A stretch of DNA of 64,000 bases, taken from the NCBI GenBank assembly GCA_029932605.1, contig JAOZPT010000001.1:5837-69836 (forward strand). Reading direction: 5' to 3'. The notes beneath the pieces are model-generated. The model ran no database searches, was not told where the DNA came from, and saw only the letters and a list, made by a program, of their open reading frames with translations. This DNA comes from Candidatus Zixiibacteriota bacterium. GTDB taxonomy: Bacteria; Zixibacteria; MSB-5A5; UBA10806; 4484-95. This document shows positions 27,869-37,512 of the stretch, piece after piece. Within the stretch, counting starts at the first letter, position 1, and every line of letters starts with the position of its first letter. The translations under genes and the position numbers were made by a program.

Positions 27869-28237
27869 TTGACAAACCTTATACTTGAGGGATACGATAC
27901 TCTACCACTCTCAAATGGGTGGGATAACCATGGTAAATATATAGCACATATCAACCGCACCGATAATCTGGTTTTGGTGGTTGGCTACCTTCATAAATTT
28001 ATCCCTGTTATTAAGGAATACCCTGCAGGTGAGGATATACTATCATCGCTGAAAGCCTACAAAATTTTTGTGGTATTCATCATTCCCGGCGGTAAGCAGG
28101 CTAAAGCGAAAAAGATGTTGGCAAGCAAAGGGGTGAGTTATAAACTTGCTTCTCCGGCAGGTGTGTCTAAAACAGTTATGAAAATATTAGAGCCTAAGCG
28201 CTCTGTTAAGAAAGCCCGTTCTCGTAAGAGGAGATAG
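27869..28237 (+). CDS. hypothetical protein with a basic C-terminal tail; apparently interrupted by a frameshift or stop
   Basis: An RBS-bearing ATG at 27828 (AAGGAGAGATT ATG) opens MKAVGYMEGTNRSY, which hits a TGA at 27870..27872. The +1 frame continues from a TTG start at 27869 as TNLILEGYDTLPLSNGWDNHGKY ... KPKRSVKKARSRKRR. The two frames read like a single protein. Confidence 0.35.
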   Translation: MTNLILEGYDTLPLSNGWDNHGKYIAHINRTDNLVLVVGYLHKFIPVIKEYPAGEDILSSLKAYKIFVVFIIPGGKQAKAKKMLASKGVSYKLASPAGVSKTVMKILEPKRSVKKARSRKRR

Positions 28238-28362
28238 TAAAAACCTGGAATAACTTATAAATATTGTCAGGTTATAAACATCTCTAATGTACCGTCGTTA
28301 TTACTTGTGGCAAGTTACTTTTTTATGATAGATATTTGTAAATAATTTCTAATGTTTCATTG

Positions 28363-28767
28363 TTATTTTGTTCCCACCAACAGCACGCCACCAAGTATAA
28401 GGACCAATCCGATCCATTTGGTCAAGGAAAAAGGCTCTTTGAACATAAAAAACGAGACCAGTATAATGGCTCCGTAGGCAAGACTTGTGACAATGGGGTA
28501 GGCTATCGAGATGTCAATTTTTGATAAAAGCACCATGTAACCCCCGACAGATGATACATAGCAAAAAAGTCCAACCAGCACAGCTATATTTGTGAATATA
28601 CGGGAAAAGTTCGTAAGGAAAGCTGTGGGCGTGATAGCACCCAATTGATTCATCCCGATTTTTAAAAAGACATGGCCGCAGATGTTAAAAGTAACAACGA
28701 AAAGCATTACCATATAGCGGGACATTTCAGGCTCCTTTAAAAGAAAAGATTCTAAATTTGTTAACAC
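28363..28767 (-). CDS. small EamA/SMR-like 4-TM protein (ArnE/ArnF-like candidate lipid-linked sugar flippase subunit)
   Basis: 120-134 aa depending on start (probable start MSRYMVML at 28725). Four hydrophobic helices with DMT/EamA-like spacing. Confidence 0.5.
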   Translation of the reverse strand: MLTNLESFLLKEPEMSRYMVMLFVVTFNICGHVFLKIGMNQLGAITPTAFLTNFSRIFTNIAVLVGLFCYVSSVGGYMVLLSKIDISIAYPIVTSLAYGAIILVSFFMFKEPFSLTKWIGLVLILGGVLLVGTK

Positions 28768-28858
28768 TCCATAGAGATATTTTGATTGGGCTGATAAGTG
28801 TATTATAATGTATTTTTACGATGATGAACATGATGCTTGTATATTGGTTTCATGTTTA

Positions 28859-29944
28859 CTAATATTTTTGAAAGAGCTGGCCCCAATCTGTTTCTTTCAG
28901 CCATTTATTAAAAATCTTTTTACCCTTGGTTGGATACCACAATTTATCATGGAAAAGAGCAGAGGCAAAAACGAATATATAAACGATAGGAGTGTGAAAC
29001 ATAAGTTTCTGGAGTACCTTAAGAGGAGAGAACCATAAAATATCACCTACTTTCGAGGCCATGTTATCACCGACCGAAAAGCCGAAATTCATCTTCGAGA
29101 TATCCTCACCGATGATCTCTATTTGACTTACATCGCCACAGCCTAAGCCGGCATCGTGTCCCATTCTTATATATTTAATTGACATTGGTTCAAACCCCAT
29201 GATTTTGGTGGCGACTGCATCTATAGCTACTTGGTCGGCAGAGGCGAGGATGATATCTTTTTTGTGTGGCGTCATTGTCCGCGGTCCAGGTCCCGAGCCG
29301 GCTGTTGTACCATCCATGAAACAGAAAATACCTGAATGTATCTCTTTTTGAATTTGCAAAAGGTCAACCAGGGTCTCGTGTATAACAGAGTGGGTGTAAT
29401 GGCGCTTGGTATTTAAAAGACCACCGAAAGCATTTTTCATAGCGCCGGTAGTGGTCGTGTAAATATGAGTTTTTACGGTGGGTAGGTGGACGATGTTTTT
29501 TCCTATGAAAAATTCAGGTATCTTTATACCCCTTGAGAAAATCTTGTCTAAAACGAGCATCTTTGCTTTTGGTTTATATTCTATCCATTTTAAATCGGAT
29601 GGGTCGTTGTTATATCTTTCAGGGATAGAATATTTTTCATATACTGGTTTTAGTTTGAGGAGCTTACCGCCGGTATAGGGATTAGTAACCACGGTATCAT
29701 TGTGAACTGCTACAATATCAGTAATACCGGCTTTTTTTAGGGCTTTAATTGTTCCCTCGACTTGCCAGGGAACTGAGTTTGCACCTGGAAACGGCAGATG
29801 CCACGAGATATTGTCTTTTAAAATGGTTGTATTATCAGCCACCAGAGAATCCTTCAATCCGGCAACCTGCCCCGCCCTTATATAGTCATCTATAACTTTA
29901 TCAGGAGAGGTTTTTAATACAGCGACTTTTGTTTTACTGCTCAT
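28859..29944 (-). CDS. DUF362-domain protein
   Basis: 361 aa. KVAVLK at the N-terminus, LPTVKTHIYTTTTGAMKNAFGG, DGTTAGSGPGPRT and ASADQVAIDAV match the conserved DUF362 blocks. Confidence 0.55.
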   Translation of the reverse strand: MSSKTKVAVLKTSPDKVIDDYIRAGQVAGLKDSLVADNTTILKDNISWHLPFPGANSVPWQVEGTIKALKKAGITDIVAVHNDTVVTNPYTGGKLLKLKPVYEKYSIPERYNNDPSDLKWIEYKPKAKMLVLDKIFSRGIKIPEFFIGKNIVHLPTVKTHIYTTTTGAMKNAFGGLLNTKRHYTHSVIHETLVDLLQIQKEIHSGIFCFMDGTTAGSGPGPRTMTPHKKDIILASADQVAIDAVATKIMGFEPMSIKYIRMGHDAGLGCGDVSQIEIIGEDISKMNFGFSVGDNMASKVGDILWFSPLKVLQKLMFHTPIVYIFVFASALFHDKLWYPTKGKKIFNKWLKETDWGQLFQKY

Positions 29945-30822
29945 ACTTTACCCTCAAACTGTAAAATAATTAAAACAGTGGTTATCCATAGTGCCACACA
30001 TATTAAAAGGGGTATGTCCGTAACAAGTAATTTTGTGGGATTGCCTCCCTGCTCTTTCTGGTGGATAAGATACAGATATCTGAATATCCCATAGAGCACA
30101 AACGGCACTGTTAGAACTAGATTACCTGTCCCTAACTTTTCCTTTACATCAGGTGAAAGGGTGTAAAATGTGTACGCCACCACGGTGGAGGCGGTAACCA
30201 CACTTATCATTTGGTCTAAAAAATATTTTGAATAATGTGCCAACGATTGCCGGTGCGAAACGGCTCCGTTTCCAAGAATCTCCAGTTCATGTCGTCTCTT
30301 GGAAAATCCTAAAAAGAGGGCTAAAAGAATTGTACATACTAAGAGCCAGGCCGAGATCGGCACTTCTATAGCGGCCGCTCCAGCAACGGCCCTTAGTACA
30401 AAACCCAGCGCCAAGCTCATGACGTCTATAATAACCACATTTTTCAAACCTATGTTGTAAGCTAGATTTAAAATGATATAGATACCAAGATAAATCATAA
30501 ATGTTAAACCCAGGGAATAACCGACCAGTATACTGAGAGCAAGTAGAAATAAGATGGTTATAGAAGCTGTTTTTACAGGGAGTTGGCCTGATGCTATCGG
30601 TCTGTATTTTTTGGTTGGATGATGCTGGTCTTTGCTGAGGTCTGTGATATCGTTGACATAATAAATTGCCGATACGGCGAAGCAGAATGCCAGAAACCCT
30701 TTTATAGCCAGCATCACCGAGATGGGTTCGCTATATTTTTTGGCAAATATTAAAGCTGCAAATACAACGAGGTTTTTAACCCAGTGATGAGGCCTAGCGG
30801 TTTTGATGATAGCACTAAGCAT
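29941..30822 (-). CDS. UbiA-family polyprenyl-phosphate 5-phosphoribosyltransferase-like (decaprenyl-phosphate phosphoribosyltransferase homolog)
   Basis: 293 aa, about 8 TM helices. N-terminal ARPHHWVKNLVVFAALIF and the Asp-rich motif YYVNDITDLSKDQHHPTKKYRPIASGQL parallel Rv3806c-type DPPR synthases (NDxxDxxxD ... HPTK.xRPIA). Confidence 0.7.
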   Translation of the reverse strand: MLSAIIKTARPHHWVKNLVVFAALIFAKKYSEPISVMLAIKGFLAFCFAVSAIYYVNDITDLSKDQHHPTKKYRPIASGQLPVKTASITILFLLALSILVGYSLGLTFMIYLGIYIILNLAYNIGLKNVVIIDVMSLALGFVLRAVAGAAAIEVPISAWLLVCTILLALFLGFSKRRHELEILGNGAVSHRQSLAHYSKYFLDQMISVVTASTVVAYTFYTLSPDVKEKLGTGNLVLTVPFVLYGIFRYLYLIHQKEQGGNPTKLLVTDIPLLICVALWITTVLIILQFEGKV

Positions 30823-30997
30823 AAACCGTTATTAATTAAAATTGGTTTTTATGTCAAGAAATAAAAGGCATGTCTGTTTCGATTGTAATGTAAACACCTT
30901 GTTTAAAATGCGGGTCGGGTTCCTTTAGAAACCAGATGTAGGAACTATGGATTATTGTAATTATTATCTGCTTAGTTTTCGGGCTGCTGTTTGTGGA

Positions 30998-31963
30998 TTA
31001 TAGTTCTTCTTTATCGTTGTTGGATAATGGATTTTTATCAAAATTTATTTCACGTGTTTTTCCGAAATTAATGGTGAATGAAAAGAAATGCGTCTGGCCT
31101 AAGTCCTGGCCGGGGTTGAATGCATAATCGATACGTCCCCACATGAACTTTAGCCCGGCACCAAAATTAACCATGTTAGATTGGTTATCGATACCGAGGT
31201 CACCAAGACCTGTTCTTAAGTTTAAGGCATTGCCCAGATTGTATTCCATTCCAGCGGAAAAGCTTGTTTCACCTGTAAATGCTACTTTTGTTCCCACCAT
31301 CATCGTTATAGGAATATTTATGGGGCTGAAAGAACTACCAACGGAGACCGAGGAGGGAAGCTTGTAGCTCTGCTCATCATATTTAACTTTGGGGCCAAGA
31401 TTATTAACAACGAAACCGAACGTAAATGTATTAATCAAATATTGAATTCCCATATCCAGAGCATAACCAGAGGCTTTAATATCTGCCAACTTTTCCTCTA
31501 TGTATTTCCCGCTTAGGCCAAGGTATAAAGCTCCTGACAATCTCCGGCTATAAGAGGCGATTGCCGTTAAACTATAAGGTCTGATACTTCCATATTGCTG
31601 GTCATACATATTGTAAGTATCGATCTGTCCCATGTGAAGATAAGAAGCTGATACTCCGATTGTTGAGTTGGTTTTCATGGGAATAGCTACAGCTATAAAT
31701 TCATATGATATATCCTGAAGCCATGAATTGTGCATAAAATTTAAGCCTGGTTGCTCAATTGAAGATAAACCAGCTGGATTGAAGTATGTTGAGGCTATGT
31801 CATTACTTATCGCCCAGCTTGCTCCACCCAAAGCAGCATGTCGAGCAGATACACTTATGTTTAGGAAATCTGCGGAGGTAATACCTCCAGCGGTAGCTGT
31901 ATTTATTAGGGTAATGCTCAGTATTATCGTAATAATAGAAATAAATTTCATTTGTTTTATCAT
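30998..31963 (-). CDS. PorV/PorQ-family outer-membrane beta-barrel protein (T9SS-associated)
   Basis: Start chosen at MIKQMKF (GGAGGG 7 nt upstream), giving a signal peptide. The ORF track starts at 32041. ARHAALGGASWAISNDIASTYFNPAGL is the hallmark N-terminal motif of PorV/PorQ-like proteins. It ends in an aromatic-rich beta-barrel C-terminus. Confidence 0.6.
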   Translation of the reverse strand: MIKQMKFISIITIILSITLINTATAGGITSADFLNISVSARHAALGGASWAISNDIASTYFNPAGLSSIEQPGLNFMHNSWLQDISYEFIAVAIPMKTNSTIGVSASYLHMGQIDTYNMYDQQYGSIRPYSLTAIASYSRRLSGALYLGLSGKYIEEKLADIKASGYALDMGIQYLINTFTFGFVVNNLGPKVKYDEQSYKLPSSVSVGSSFSPINIPITMMVGTKVAFTGETSFSAGMEYNLGNALNLRTGLGDLGIDNQSNMVNFGAGLKFMWGRIDYAFNPGQDLGQTHFFSFTINFGKTREINFDKNPLSNNDKEEL

Positions 31964-32371
31964 TAGAACACCCTCCTCTGATGATGGAATATGCAAATGA
32001 TATGCCATCAAGCAGACCCCCCTGGAGGTTGTTTGTAACATATTCTGTTACAACAAGATAAATGTTGCACCAAGATAACAGTTAGTCGGGGTGTTTGGGA
32101 TGTATTTGGTTTAATATTTTGGCAATAATTAAGAACTAATGGCATTTTTAAAGACACAATCCTTTTGAACCTTATAACTCATTGATACTTATGGTGTTCA
32201 AGCCCTTTATCAAAACGATTTTTACTTGCTTAATTGTTGAACAAATCCATCTTTTGAACATATTTTTTTACTATCATGGTTATTGGTTAAAGTCAATAGT
32301 TAATTTATAAAACTCCCCAATTTTACCGGAAATACAATTATAGAAATGTAAGCATGGCGGTGTGTAATCAT

Positions 32372-33652
32372 TTATAGCCTGGAAGCTAATAGTTTTAAGA
32401 ACAATCCAACGTCCGTAACGATACCGGTCGTTTGTTTTGATCCCCTGTCGGCAAGTTTTGTAACAACTGAGGGATTGATATCCACGCAAATGGTACTTAC
32501 CCAGGCGGGAATCATGTTACCGGTGGCAATTGAATGGAGCATGGAAGAAAGCATGATTACTAATTCGACACCTTTGAGAGCCCTGGCATAAGCAGCTTGG
32601 GCCTGAATCATGTCATTTATTGTCTCCGGGAGAGGACCATCATCACGGAGCGAGCCGGCGAGAACAAAAGGGACATTAAACTTAATACAACTATACATTA
32701 TTCCGCTGTGAAGCACTCCGGCTTGAACCATCTTTTTTATTGAGCCATATTTATAAACCTGATTGATGGCCCTGATATGGTTTTTATGGCCCTCCTCGCG
32801 TGGCTTACCCGTTTTTATATCCACTCCCAGGGAGGTGCCGTAAAGAGCCTGTTCGATGTCGTGGACAGCAAGGGCATTTCCCGATAGCAGAACATTTATG
32901 AAACCTTTCCTGATCAGCTTGCATATCGAATCACCGGCACCGGTATGTACAGCCACCGGTCCAACCACAAATGCCACCTTCTTTTTGTTACTTTTTAGCA
33001 AATCGGCGATATTACTTACCGCCAGCTCCACCTTCTTCTCGGAGGAGACCTCTGCCGACATGAATTGAAAATCGCTTCTTTCACGTTGTTTGAATTCTGG
33101 GGTGATTTTTATTCCGGATAGACCGCAAACTATCTTATCACCCTTTTTGATATCTCGAAGCTTAATACATCGGGGGATTCCATTTTTGACAACAATCACT
33201 GAATCCATACGCTGGTTTCGCACCCTGCGCCATCTCCCGTTCAGGCGAATATGGGAAAGGTAATTTGTGGTAGAATAGAAATCTTCAGGAGCACAACCAT
33301 CCTTTGGAGCATTTTTTACAATTGCTGGTTTATTGTCAACGATAATACAACCGAGGTTGTGAAGCTGTTCAACGATGTATGAAAGTTTTTTTGAAGAAGT
33401 GGCTTTTACAAGTATAGAGGCTTTAGTTTCATCGGTGTTGGTTCGTCCCATGACAAATGAGGTTATCTCAAATTTTCCACCCAGACCTATGATTTTGTCG
33501 AGGATATTGGACATTATGCCCGAATCAACCAGGTGTCCATGGGCGGTCACCTCGCGGCTATACCAGCGTTTGGGAGGATAAACTTTCACATCGTTGTTAT
33601 CGGCGAGTTTATTTTTTTGATTAATAATGTGACTCACCAGCCAGCTATGCAA
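32372..33652 (-). CDS. LOR/SDH-family protein (TIGR00300-like; archaeal-type ornithine-cyclodeaminase-like)
   Basis: 426 aa. Blocks GHLVDSGIMSNILDKIIGLGG, VAVHTGAGDS and LLSGNALAVHDIEQALYGT resemble the LOR/SDH bifunctional conserved region. Assignment from memory. Confidence 0.45.
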   Translation of the reverse strand: MHSWLVSHIINQKNKLADNNDVKVYPPKRWYSREVTAHGHLVDSGIMSNILDKIIGLGGKFEITSFVMGRTNTDETKASILVKATSSKKLSYIVEQLHNLGCIIVDNKPAIVKNAPKDGCAPEDFYSTTNYLSHIRLNGRWRRVRNQRMDSVIVVKNGIPRCIKLRDIKKGDKIVCGLSGIKITPEFKQRERSDFQFMSAEVSSEKKVELAVSNIADLLKSNKKKVAFVVGPVAVHTGAGDSICKLIRKGFINVLLSGNALAVHDIEQALYGTSLGVDIKTGKPREEGHKNHIRAINQVYKYGSIKKMVQAGVLHSGIMYSCIKFNVPFVLAGSLRDDGPLPETINDMIQAQAAYARALKGVELVIMLSSMLHSIATGNMIPAWVSTICVDINPSVVTKLADRGSKQTTGIVTDVGLFLKLLASRL

Positions 33653-33737
33653 ACGGTGATGTATATTTTAAAGGCAGAAAGGTTATAACAATAAACTCGT
33701 TAAAAAATATGATATCATCATCGATTCCTTTGGGATT

Positions 33738-34259
33738 TTATTTATTCAAACCGCTTTTATATTTTTCTCTGGTTTTTTCCAGAAAGGTAATGAATTCATT
33801 TTCAAGATAATCCGGATATGTCCATGGTAATTTCTGGAATTTGCCATCGGCGTAAATCAGTGTGACCTCAGCCCAGATGCCCTGGCTGAGGTAAATTCGA
33901 TGGGAGAAATTTTTAGTGGAGGCTAAAACAAATTTGGATGTCTCAAGGTATCCTGGGTCAAGGTTGACCTGGCGCTTGCCGTCTTTAGTGTAAATGTATT
34001 CTATATCGATAGTCGTGCGTTTGGCCAGCCAGAGATTATCTGCCAGGAAAGGTCTTTCGAAGCTGAGAAGTAGTTTTTTTAGATTTGGCCCCATCTCCTT
34101 TGTGTAATAATCAGTGTGAGTGAAATCGATTAGCTTTGATCTGTCCTCGACCAGGCCGAAAGCGTTTTCAAGGTTGGTGATGATATCCTCAAGGTTGACT
34201 TTCGGAGATATGGTCACACCACAGATCAGTTTCACCGTGGGCGGATTTAGATCAATCAT
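33738..34259 (-). CDS. hypothetical protein (DUF4416-like)
   Basis: 173 aa. Begins PPTVKLICGVT, like the DUF4416 family. Overlaps the upstream gene by 8 nt. Confidence 0.35.
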   Translation of the reverse strand: MIDLNPPTVKLICGVTISPKVNLEDIITNLENAFGLVEDRSKLIDFTHTDYYTKEMGPNLKKLLLSFERPFLADNLWLAKRTTIDIEYIYTKDGKRQVNLDPGYLETSKFVLASTKNFSHRIYLSQGIWAEVTLIYADGKFQKLPWTYPDYLENEFITFLEKTREKYKSGLNK

Positions 34260-35022
34260 TATTTACTCCTTTGCAGGCCTTAATACACATACCGCATATC
34301 ATTACACCTATGCCCCGTCTTTTTTCGAATTGCTTTAATAGCTCGAAGCAGGCTTTACCATTGAACTTCTCAATACCATCGGGTGAAATCGCCTTTGCCG
34401 GGCAGGCGGTGATACATTCATAGCAGGCACCGCAGTCAGCTGTTACTGGCGAATCCGTTTTGAGGGGCATATCTGTCAAAAGGCTGGCTAAGCGGATAGC
34501 CGCGCCATACTCTGGATGCACGATTAGCCCATTTCTGCCGAGAAAACCAAGGCCAGCATGCAAGGCGGCGTGCCTTTGCGATAGATGCGAGCGCTGGTTG
34601 ACCCAATCGGTGATTACACTGGCGGGGATGGGCAAGGCCTCGAACCCTTGTGATTGAATAAACTGGCCAAGACCGAATGTGATTTTATCCAAAAGATTAT
34701 TTGCCTGCCGGTAGTGAGCTTTATAGATAAGATTAGGGCCGTCGATCAAGGTTTCTAAAACTTTTCGCTGTATTCGAACAGCAATACTTACTATGAATGG
34801 TAATGTTTGAGCCACCTCTTTAATTTCATCGTTGATATAGTCATATATTTTAGTTGTTTTTGTTACGCCGAAGAGGTCGGCGCCAAGGTCTGTGGCTTTC
34901 TGTTTTAGCATATCGTAATTGTCCATACAGAGAAAGTAAATGATTGAGTTAGGTATGTCAATTGGGATGTTGTTCCATTTCGTCGTAGGTAAAAACCGTA
35001 ACCTTGCTGTTAGTATAAACAC
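34252..35022 (-). CDS. QueG-like (epoxyqueuosine-reductase-like) 4Fe-4S protein, short form
   Basis: HAALHAGLGFLGRNGLIVHPEYG resembles the QueG AGLGW.GKN motif. CGACYECITACPAKAI is a CxxCxxCxxxCP ferredoxin motif, with a second Cys cluster CGMCIKAC. It is shorter than canonical QueG. Confidence 0.45.
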   Translation of the reverse strand: MFILTARLRFLPTTKWNNIPIDIPNSIIYFLCMDNYDMLKQKATDLGADLFGVTKTTKIYDYINDEIKEVAQTLPFIVSIAVRIQRKVLETLIDGPNLIYKAHYRQANNLLDKITFGLGQFIQSQGFEALPIPASVITDWVNQRSHLSQRHAALHAGLGFLGRNGLIVHPEYGAAIRLASLLTDMPLKTDSPVTADCGACYECITACPAKAISPDGIEKFNGKACFELLKQFEKRRGIGVMICGMCIKACKGVNND

Positions 35023-35204
35023 CTTTAAGTTAAAACTAAAAAGCTATTAACTTCCAGAACATAAGGGATATCGATTGGAATTATATATTATTCCCAACAT
35101 ATAATAATAACTATTTAACTTCCCTAATTTTTAGTTGATATATACACCCACTAATACTTAATTAATGTTAGTGATATGTTATTTTAATGATTACTGGAGG
35201 TATC

Positions 35205-36893
35205 ATGGATTTAACAAAAATAAAAGCCCCGATCGGGACATCGATTACCTGCAAAAGCTGGCAGACGGAGGGGGCATTAAGAATGTTATTAAACAACCTC
35301 GATTCTGAGGTTGGAGAAAACCCCAAGGAATTGGTTGTCTATGGTGGACGGGGCAAGGCCGCCCGAAATGTCGATTGTTTGAAGGCGATAATCAAGTCCT
35401 TAAGGGAGCTGGAATCGGATGAAACCCTTTTGGTTCAATCGGGCAAGCCGGTAGGTATCTTCAAGACTCATCCTTATTCGCCGCGAGTGCTTATCGCCAA
35501 TAGCAATATGGTGCCGGCCTGGGCTACACCGGAGAAATTCCGTGAACTGGAGGAACTAGGCCTTATCATGTTCGGTCAGATGACCGCTGGCTCGTGGATT
35601 TACATCGGCACCCAGGGGATTTTGCAGGGGACTTATGAGACATTTAACGCCGCCGGTCAGAAACATTATAATACCGACCTTGCCGGTAAATTTATACTTA
35701 CCGGTGGCATGGGTGGAATGGGTGGCGCTCAACCGTTAGCGGCGACGATGAACAACGCCGTTATTCTGGTGGTTGAGGTTGACCCTTCACGTATAAAGAA
35801 ACGCCTCGATACCGGTTATTGCGATATCATGGAAACTGACCTTGATAAAGCCCTTGCCCGGATAGACAAAGCCAGATCGGCTAAACAGCCGTTGTCGGTG
35901 GGGCTTGTTGGCAATGCCGCCGATATCTTTCCTGAACTGTTGAAACGCAACATCGTCCCCGACTTGGTTACTGACCAGACCTCCGCCCATGATGAGCTAA
36001 ACGGCTATATCCCCGCCGGTATAACGTTAGAGAAGGCACTGAAACTTCGACACAGCAACCCGGATAAATATATCAAAATGGCTTATGAATCGATGGTTAA
36101 GCATACCGAGGCGATGGTTGGTTTCTCTAAGGCTGGCGCTCATGTTTTTGACTATGGCAATAATCTCAGAGGACAGGCCTACAAGGCCGGTTATAAAGAT
36201 GCGTTTGCATACCCCGGTTTTGTGCCGGCATATATCAGGCCACTTTTCTGCGAGGGTAGAGGCCCATTTCGCTGGGCGGCTCTATCGGGCGACCCTGAGG
36301 ATATCGCGGTAACCGATGAAATGGTGCTGAAGATGTTTTCTTATAATGAGCCGTTGGTGCGGTGGATCGAGATGGCACAAAAGAAAGTTCATTTCCAGGG
36401 TCTGCCAGCTCGTATCTGCTGGCTGGGTTATGGTGAGCGCGATAAGATGGGGCTTGAGATAAACCGCTATGTAAGAGAGGGCAAGCTTAAAGCTCCGATT
36501 GTCATCGGCCGCGACCATTTAGATAGCGGTTCGGTTGCCTCGCCATATCGCGAGACCGAGGGCATGAAAGACGGCTCTGACTGTATAGCCGACTGGCCGG
36601 TTTTAAACGCCCTGTTGAACACAGCCAGCGGAGCCTCATGGGTGAGTTTCCATCACGGCGGCGGTGTTGGCATAGGTAATTCACTTCATGCCGGACAGGT
36701 ATTAGTCTGTGACGGCACACCGGAGATGGATATCCGTATCGAGCGGGTGCTAACCAACGACCCGAGTATCGGAATAGCTCGCCATGTCGACGCCGGCTAT
36801 GATGAGGCAGTCAAAGTGGCAGATGAAAAGAATGTGAAGATACCGATGAGGATGTATAGGGAGTTTGTTGAATCGGATAATAACTTAGTGTAA
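35205..36893 (+). CDS. hutU: urocanate hydratase
   Basis: About 560 aa. [17 protein letters not shown] and extensive urocanase conservation. Start chosen at MDLTKIK with GGAGG 5 nt upstream. The ORF track starts at 35187. Confidence 0.9.
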   Translation: MDLTKIKAPIGTSITCKSWQTEGALRMLLNNLDSEVGENPKELVVYGGRGKAARNVDCLKAIIKSLRELESDETLLVQSGKPVGIFKTHPYSPRVLIANSNMVPAWATPEKFRELEELGLIMFGQMTAGSWIYIGTQGILQGTYETFNAAGQKHYNTDLAGKFILTGGMGGMGGAQPLAATMNNAVILVVEVDPSRIKKRLDTGYCDIMETDLDKALARIDKARSAKQPLSVGLVGNAADIFPELLKRNIVPDLVTDQTSAHDELNGYIPAGITLEKALKLRHSNPDKYIKMAYESMVKHTEAMVGFSKAGAHVFDYGNNLRGQAYKAGYKDAFAYPGFVPAYIRPLFCEGRGPFRWAALSGDPEDIAVTDEMVLKMFSYNEPLVRWIEMAQKKVHFQGLPARICWLGYGERDKMGLEINRYVREGKLKAPIVIGRDHLDSGSVASPYRETEGMKDGSDCIADWPVLNALLNTASGASWVSFHHGGGVGIGNSLHAGQVLVCDGTPEMDIRIERVLTNDPSIGIARHVDAGYDEAVKVADEKNVKIPMRMYREFVESDNNLV

Positions 36894-36958
36894 GGGTATA
36901 CTGATTATACACTTTAATGTGGGAATCCAATAACATGGATAAATAAAAGAGCAGTAAC

Positions 36959-37480
36959 TTGACAAAATCAACCACCGCTAAGGCATTGATACCAATCGAG
37001 ATTATAGAACGGAAGATATTCCTCCTCCGCAGGCAAAAAGTTATGATTGATAAAGACTTGGCTGAACTTTATGGTGTAACAACCGGAAACCTTAACAAAG
37101 CAGTAAGCAGAAACATTGATCGATTCCCTGAGGACTTTATGTTTCAATTAACAAAGGTTGAGTTTGAAAACTTGAAATTCCATTTTGGAATATCAAGTTG
37201 GGGTGGTACTCGAAGGTTACCCAGAGCATTTACTGAGCAAGGTGTAGCTATGCTCTCCAGTGTGCTAAGAAGTAAACGGGCTGTTCAGGTTAACATTCAA
37301 ATAATGAGGACTTTTGTTAAACTCCGGGAATTAATATCATCACATACGCAATTGGCTAAGAAGGTACAAGCTTTGGAAAAGAGATACAACTCCCAGTTCA
37401 AAGTTGTGTTTGATGCTATTCACAAATTGATTGAATCGCCCAAAAAGGATAAAAGACGTATTGGCTTTTACAGAAAGTAG
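36959..37480 (+). CDS. ORF6N-domain protein (KilA-N-related, phage-antirepressor-like)
   Basis: 173 aa. IEIIERKIFLLRRQKVMIDKDLAELYGVTTGNLNKAVSRNIDRFPEDFMFQLTKVE is the ORF6N consensus. Such proteins are typically carried on mobile or phage-like elements. Confidence 0.7.
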   Translation: MTKSTTAKALIPIEIIERKIFLLRRQKVMIDKDLAELYGVTTGNLNKAVSRNIDRFPEDFMFQLTKVEFENLKFHFGISSWGGTRRLPRAFTEQGVAMLSSVLRSKRAVQVNIQIMRTFVKLRELISSHTQLAKKVQALEKRYNSQFKVVFDAIHKLIESPKKDKRRIGFYRK

Positions 37481-37512
37481 GTCAAAACCCCTGCGGTTTT
37501 GACATATATTAT
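37481..37512 (+). terminator. rho-independent terminator after the ORF6N gene
   Basis: GTCAAAACC-CCTGC-GGTTTTGAC hairpin immediately after the stop, followed by an A/T-rich tract. Confidence 0.5.

Noticed and set aside
28808-29038. 76-aa plus-strand ORF
   Set aside because: Antisense to the C-terminus of the DUF362 gene. No features.
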